This document shows positions 37,327 through 42,335 of a DNA stretch of 42,335 bases, piece by piece (position 1 is the stretch's first letter; each line of letters begins with the position of its first letter). Origin of the DNA: an uncultured Nitrososphaerota archaeon (GTDB lineage Archaea > Asgardarchaeota > Njordarchaeia > Njordarchaeales > Njordarchaeaceae); the NCBI GenBank assembly GCA_964518475.1, contig CAZFGR010000015.1:1-42335 (forward strand), given 5' to 3'. The notes under the pieces are model-generated. The model worked only from the letters and a program-made list of their open reading frames with translations, was not told the DNA's origin and searched no databases. The position numbers were made by a program, and so were the translations under genes.

Positions 37327-38616
37327 TTATTCATCCTCGATAGGCTCTCCTCTCTTCAATTTCTCTAGAATCTCTTGAGCGTAATGGAATCTTATTTTTC
37401 CTTTCTTTATCATGATTTCCGCTACTTTATCGATTAATTCACCAGTAGCACCAGCCATTACAGCTAGGTTTCTGGCATGCAATTTCATGTGACCTTTCTG
37501 GATACCCTCTGTAGCAAGAGCTCTTAAGGCTGCTAAGTTCTGGGCTAACCCAACCGCTCCAATCACTTCTGCTAATTCCTTAGCTGTTTTAACTCCCAGA
37601 ATCTTTAGACATACCTTTGCTAAGGGGTGAACCTTTGTTGCTCCCCCCACAATCCCTATTTGAATAGGCATCTCTAAGGTACCGACAAGGTCGCCGTTTT
37701 CGTTCTTCTCCCACACACTCAATGGTTTGTACGCTCCCCATCTAGCAGCATAGGCATGTGCTCCAGCTTCAACAGCTCTCCAATCGTTACCAGTAGCTAT
37801 TACTACCGCATCAACACCATTCATTATTCCTTTGTTATGGGTAGCTGCCCTGTAGGGATCCGCATCCGCAAACGCCCACGCTAAAACTATCCCATCTACG
37901 ACCTCCTCGCCCCCAAGCACATCTTTCGGCACTACACAGTGAGCACGGACCAATCTTCTATCAGCTAGGTTCGAGATTATCCTAAGGTATACCTTCCCAC
38001 CCGTTATCTCCTCTATATAGGGCGCAACAGCCTCAGCCATCGTATTGACGGCATTAGCACCCATGGCGTCTTTAACATCAACCAGTAAATGTGTAATGAC
38101 CATGGGTCCATAAGCCGATTTTATCACTCTTACCTCGATATCCTTTGCTCCTCCACCGAGCTTAACAAGAACAGGATCTTGCTCATTAGCGATTTTTAGG
38201 ATCTCATCCTTATGCTCCAGAATCTTCATCTTAGCTCCATAAGGATCCGCTACCCCTGTTAACTGCACCTGCCCAATCATTATTGACTCTGTCGCTATAG
38301 AGGTTATTCCTCCACCCTCTCTACACAGTTTAGCCGCGTGACTAGCCGCAGCAACAACTGATGATTCCTCAATAGCCATCGGTATCAGGTAGTCCTTACC
38401 ATTTATGAGAAAGTTTGTCGCTATCCCAAGAGGGAGCGGGAAAGTACCCACAACGTTCTCAATCATCACATCAGCCGTTTTTAGGTCTAAGGCTCCAGTC
38501 TTCTTCAATAACTCTATTTCTTCGTCCGTTAAGTCGGCGAATTCTTTCAAAATTCTGATTCTTTCTTCTATTGGAAGCTTGTAAAAACCTGGAATGCGCG
38601 ATGTCTTTCTACTCAA
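37327..38616 (-). CDS. mvaA: Hydroxymethylglutaryl-CoA reductase, class II
   Basis: ENVVG, EESSVVAA, DAMGAN, THNKGIMNG, GIQKGHMKLH. Confidence 0.95.
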   Translation of the reverse strand: MSRKTSRIPGFYKLPIEERIRILKEFADLTDEEIELLKKTGALDLKTADVMIENVVGTFPLPLGIATNFLINGKDYLIPMAIEESSVVAAASHAAKLCREGGGITSIATESIMIGQVQLTGVADPYGAKMKILEHKDEILKIANEQDPVLVKLGGGAKDIEVRVIKSAYGPMVITHLLVDVKDAMGANAVNTMAEAVAPYIEEITGGKVYLRIISNLADRRLVRAHCVVPKDVLGGEEVVDGIVLAWAFADADPYRAATHNKGIMNGVDAVVIATGNDWRAVEAGAHAYAARWGAYKPLSVWEKNENGDLVGTLEMPIQIGIVGGATKVHPLAKVCLKILGVKTAKELAEVIGAVGLAQNLAALRALATEGIQKGHMKLHARNLAVMAGATGELIDKVAEIMIKKGKIRFHYAQEILEKLKRGEPIEDE

Positions 38617-38880
38617 AACTTAATCCTCCTGTACTAGATCGCCAAAAATTCGAAAGCTCGGAAAGATTATCTCATTAAGTTTTCTCTGGATAAAGAGTTA
38701 TTGAATACTTATTTATAAAGCTTATTCCGAGAAGCGACGTAGTCTACATCTATTATTTGCATTAAGTGAATATGAGAAGATGCTTATCAATGATCTGAGA
38801 GCATCACTAGGGAGTAATTAGGAAAAATCTAAATTATTCTCTCCGTTAAGATGTATCAACTACTTATGTGTAGGTGATGA

Positions 38881-40014
38881 ATTATCACTGATTGGGCTCG
38901 TATTAGAGAGAAATTTAGTATTTTAAAGAGCATCACTTACATAAACACGGCTTCTATAGGTTTAATACCCGACGATGTTCATGAGAAAGTTAATGAATGG
39001 TTGAAAGAGAGAATGTATGGCAACTTATATTGGAGAAAATGGTACGATGAAAGCCAAGAAGTTAAGAAACTATTCTCACGCCTAATAAATGCGTCTCCCG
39101 AGGAAGTCTCTTTGATAGAGAATACTTCGATGGGTCTTAACTTAGCGGCTAATTCTATAAAATGGGAACCCGGAGATAATATAGTGATTAATGATCTTGA
39201 GTTCCCCACTAATATTTTCCCATGGCAGGTTCAGGCCAGGAAGCACGGATTAGAGATCAGAGTTGCTAAAAACAGGAACGGTAGGTTAGATATTGATGTT
39301 TATGAAAAATTGGTCGATGACCATACTAAAGTAATTGCTTTATCTTGGGTAGAATTCTCCAATGGTTACGTACATGATCTAAAGGCTTTATCAGAACTTG
39401 CCCATACTCATGGGGCATACTTGGTAGTGGATGGTATTCAGGGCGTGGGAGCCTTAAAAATAGATGTCAGAGAGACCGATGTTGATGTTATAGTATGCGG
39501 AGCTCAGAAGTGGCTGATGGGGCTCCCCGGTACTGGTTTGATGTATATAAAGAAAAGCGTACTAGATGAGCTAGAAGTATCCTTTGGTGGATGGTTAGGT
39601 GACGAAAAACCTTTCGAATTTGCCTATAGGGAATACTCTCCTGTGCGAAGTGCTCGAAGATTCGAACTTGGTACTCCGAATTTTGTTGGTTACTATGTCC
39701 TTAAGAGTTCTCTCGAGCTTATCTTATCCATAGGAATCAATAATATACAGAACAGGGATTTGGAACTTGCTGGATACCTCATCGAGAAAGTGCAAGATAT
39801 TGCTAAGATCGCCTCACCACTGAATAATGGCAAACCAGAATCTCCAATAATTAGTCTAGAAGTGCCAGATGCAGAGAATATTGTCAATGCTTTATGGAAT
39901 GAAGATAAGATTAGAGTAGCTGCTCGAATGGGTAGGATACGAGTATCCCCACACTTCTACAACAATGAAGAAGATATCGATAAACTCGTGGAAGCGCTAA
40001 GAAAAAGATTATAG
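38881..40014 (+). CDS. Class V PLP-dependent enzyme (no cysteine-desulfurase Cys); N-terminus extends 40 codons upstream of the listed ORF
   Basis: In-frame IITDWARIREKFSILKSITYINTASIGLIP from 38881; VDGIQ, QKWL, RFELGT, RVSPHFYN. Confidence 0.85.
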   Translation: MITDWARIREKFSILKSITYINTASIGLIPDDVHEKVNEWLKERMYGNLYWRKWYDESQEVKKLFSRLINASPEEVSLIENTSMGLNLAANSIKWEPGDNIVINDLEFPTNIFPWQVQARKHGLEIRVAKNRNGRLDIDVYEKLVDDHTKVIALSWVEFSNGYVHDLKALSELAHTHGAYLVVDGIQGVGALKIDVRETDVDVIVCGAQKWLMGLPGTGLMYIKKSVLDELEVSFGGWLGDEKPFEFAYREYSPVRSARRFELGTPNFVGYYVLKSSLELILSIGINNIQNRDLELAGYLIEKVQDIAKIASPLNNGKPESPIISLEVPDAENIVNALWNEDKIRVAARMGRIRVSPHFYNNEEDIDKLVEALRKRL

Positions 40015-40341
40015 AGAACCAGGAACCTCCAGAACGAGATCTTTGAGCATATCGAGTTTGTTCTCTATCTCCTCCAACATTTTACTAGCTTGAAACCGCT
40101 GGATCTCGTCTGGGATATCATCTATTCTTTCTTTAAGCTCATTTATGGCCACTCTAATCCTCTCACAAAAACGCTCAAATTCGCGAAAACTTAGTTCACC
40201 AGCACGCATCTCTTCAGAGATTTTCCCAGACTCTTTACTCTCCAGAACCCTCTTCCTCAGATTCTCGATCAATTGTTGAAGAAAATAACATTTTTTCCTA
40301 ATAAATTCCAGAGTCCCAGAATTAATTGAAGAAAACTCCAT
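40009..40341 (-). CDS. Small helical/coiled-coil protein, unknown function
   Basis: Heptad-rich and charged; ATG 40341 preceded by GGTGA. Confidence 0.6.
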   Translation of the reverse strand: MEFSSINSGTLEFIRKKCYFLQQLIENLRKRVLESKESGKISEEMRAGELSFREFERFCERIRVAINELKERIDDIPDEIQRFQASKMLEEIENKLDMLKDLVLEVPGSL

Positions 40342-40525
40342 TTTTAAATCACCAAACAATTATGATAACCCACGCTTATTCATGATTGGTATCTCATTTA
40401 TATATTTTTGTTCTTTACAATCACTAATAATCAATACTTAAAGAAAATTTTGCGAAAATTGAATTAATTAGGGAGTTTTTCTCTAGGAAATAAAGGGATA
40501 TTTTTTATCAATCGTTTTTAACGTT

Positions 40526-41353
40526 CTACTTTATTCTCTTTGAGAGTTTGTTAAGGTTTAGAATTGTTAGTGCAAGGAAAATAGATGCTATCGTGGTAGT
40601 TGCTAAGCTTGCTTCTATACCAAAGGAACCTCCACTTAATAATACCTCGTTAATGCTCAGTTCTAGGGTAAAGACTGTGTCGCTGTATATGAATCCCGAG
40701 ACTGGTAATCCGAAAATGATTCCTTCGATAAGGTTCCAGCCCATATGGAATCCCGCGACTAGGAATATATTTCGCGTCAAAACGAATAAGAGGGCTAGGA
40801 AAACGCCTATTAAGAAAAGATTTATCAGGGCTATTAAGTTGTAACCTATGTTTAAAGAATGCATTAGTGAGAAGATTATTCCGGTTATTATTGCTGAGAA
40901 GATAGGACTAAAAGACTTGGTTAATACCTTTAAAGGATAAGCTCTGAAAATTAGTTCTTCTGCGAAAGCAATTGATAAGAAAAGTATCAAGTACCTAAGT
41001 AACTCCAGAACTTCAAGAGATCCAGTATAGTGAATTGTAGCTATTCCTCCAATTACTAGAATAAAAATGACGAGACTGATCATTGAAGCTGATAGTAAAA
41101 ACCCAAGAATAAAGTACGGCAAGGCATTTTCTCGGAGTATTCCAAGACTTATAATAGTGTCTCCGTCTAAGACTCTGTTGAATATTAGTACGTAGATTAT
41201 TAATGAGACGTAGATAAGATCCATTGGAATTATCTTAGCGCTATATGCTGTGCCTGCTAAGGAGCTTATGAGTAATAATAGGAAGTAGAAGAGAATTAGT
41301 TTTACAGTGGCTTCTTCCTTATTTTCATCCATTCTCATCATCTTCTCTCCCAC
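40526..41353 (-). CDS. CPBP (CAAX protease/Abi) family intramembrane protease
   Basis: EELIFR, FSLMH, HMGWN motifs within TM helices. Confidence 0.92.
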   Translation of the reverse strand: MGEKMMRMDENKEEATVKLILFYFLLLLISSLAGTAYSAKIIPMDLIYVSLIIYVLIFNRVLDGDTIISLGILRENALPYFILGFLLSASMISLVIFILVIGGIATIHYTGSLEVLELLRYLILFLSIAFAEELIFRAYPLKVLTKSFSPIFSAIITGIIFSLMHSLNIGYNLIALINLFLIGVFLALLFVLTRNIFLVAGFHMGWNLIEGIIFGLPVSGFIYSDTVFTLELSINEVLLSGGSFGIEASLATTTIASIFLALTILNLNKLSKRIK

Positions 41354-41376
41354 ATTCTCCTATTTCTACTCCCCAA

Positions 41377-42114
41377 TTACTTGCTTCTTATCATATCTAC
41401 TATTAACTGGCCAGTGGGTAGCATGCCGTGATTGTTGTTTAGGAAGATGTATACTTGATCAACATTGCCGTAACTCATTATAGTGCTTATTATTTCCCGT
41501 ACCTCCTCTTGTGAGTATATGTGTGAGTACCACTGGCTCCTCCCGTGCAAGCGGAGATATATGACACCATTGCATGGGTATATCTTATTAACAAAGTCTG
41601 GCGCGTCTACGGATACGAAAACTCCTCCCAGTTTTTCTATCCAGGAGATCCATTTCTCATCAAACCATTCTGAGCTCCTAAATTCTATTGCGAATTTTCT
41701 CCCCAATTCAACTTTCTTCATGAATTCTTTAATCCTAGCGATATTCTTAGCGGTGGCTTTGAAGCTAGGAGGTAATTGAAAGAGGTAAAAATCGATTAAG
41801 TCTTTCTCTTCCATTGGGTTAAGGATTCTTCTAAACTTGTTAAACGACTCAACAGCTCTAGCACTTAGTCTAAACCTATGAGTAATGAGTTGATTAACTT
41901 TAATACTCCAGCGTAAATCTTTTCCCCGCCTAGCCCATGACCGTGCTTGATTGGGAAAGGGGAATCTATAAAACGAGGCATTCAACTCAACTGCGTTAAA
42001 CGGTGTATTCTGGATATACCATTCGAGACTATTCCCTTTATTCCAGAAGTACATCCAGCCGCTAGTTCCAATAAAAAATCTTACACCATTGAAGATTAGT
42101 TCTCGAATAACCAA
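41377..42114 (-). CDS. DUF72-domain protein
   Basis: IGTSGW, VELNASFY, FQLPPSF, EFR, YLRLHG, FLNN. Start moved to TTG 42114 (GGTGA 5 nt upstream). Confidence 0.9.
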   Translation of the reverse strand: MVIRELIFNGVRFFIGTSGWMYFWNKGNSLEWYIQNTPFNAVELNASFYRFPFPNQARSWARRGKDLRWSIKVNQLITHRFRLSARAVESFNKFRRILNPMEEKDLIDFYLFQLPPSFKATAKNIARIKEFMKKVELGRKFAIEFRSSEWFDEKWISWIEKLGGVFVSVDAPDFVNKIYPCNGVIYLRLHGRSQWYSHIYSQEEVREIISTIMSYGNVDQVYIFLNNNHGMLPTGQLIVDMIRSK

Positions 42115-42335
42115 CGAATTCACCAGGCATGAAGAACGATTCTTGTCCTTATTATTCATAGTAGTAACATACGGCTATAATATCCTTATTCTAACATTGA
42201 GCAAGAACTGCAAAATACTATTTACATATTTGAAGTTTTATAGTATAATTTATTAAATTATTATTCATTTCTCGGTATTTTCCTAATCTTTTTATAGGTT
42301 TTCTCTTATATATTATATATTTTGGTTATTGGGTC

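Noticed and set aside
37327-38616. Class II (bacterial-type) HMG-CoA reductase as a novelty
   Set aside because: Class II enzymes are already known in several archaeal lineages such as Archaeoglobus.
38881-40014. Cysteine desulfurase (SufS/IscS) label
   Set aside because: No catalytic Cys loop (reads VAARMGRIRVS) and EFPTN replaces the EHxS/A motif.
25531-41353. CaaX-processing link between the CPBP protease and proteins in the window
   Set aside because: No product ends in a CaaX box; terminal HLTC is the normal Mth938 family ending.
1085-41779. Numerous 60-140 aa ORFs antisense to or nested in larger genes (e.g. 1085-1396, 12297-12722, 14419-14805, 17007-17420, 24857-25222, 25518-25844)
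   Set aside because: Ser/Phe/Ile-rich shadows of well-supported genes, without motifs.
1-42335. CRISPR arrays, tRNA/rRNA, IS elements, Sec/Pyl recoding
   Set aside because: No spaced repeats, GC-rich structured islands, transposase motifs or in-frame stops at conserved Cys positions were seen; the hydrogenase motifs all use Cys.

Overview
A 42 kb, AT-rich, gene-dense chromosomal segment from an archaeon. GGTGA/GGGG Shine-Dalgarno motifs, TTTAWATA boxes, frequent TTG/GTG starts and K/E/I-rich proteins suggest an anaerobic (hyper)thermophile. Two longin-like proteins and a V4R/Bet3-fold protein suggest an Asgard-like lineage (inference only). From left to right: a toxin-antitoxin patch (two VapBC pairs, an MNT and a doubly frameshifted HEPN); MBL hydrolase; GNAT; a four-gene group 3b [NiFe] hydrogenase operon; class I aminotransferase; glpK convergent with a monoacylglycerol-lipase-like gene; IPCT-like nucleotidyltransferase; 5-formyl-THF cyclo-ligase-like gene; an apparently ATPase-dead Cdc6/Orc1 paralogue; a longin + alpha-solenoid protein; an RHH protein; moaE; two membrane proteins; a COG2522-type regulator; ppdK; Mth938; K+-independent membrane PPase; GH130-GT4-PHP; a V4R / adenylate-forming enzyme / longin-wHTH trio; MFS; class II HMG-CoA reductase; class V PLP enzyme; CPBP protease; DUF72. 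The best candidates for new biology are: (1) a 12-TM His-patterned protein with heme-copper-oxidase/NnrS-like threefold symmetry but a non-canonical ligand set; (2) the V4R + ANL ligase + NPRL2-like longin cassette; (3) the catalytically dead Cdc6/Orc1; (4) a PPDK with a remodelled pyruvate-binding domain. No rRNA, tRNA, CRISPR array or transposase was recognised. All family calls come from motif recognition by eye; no searches were run.
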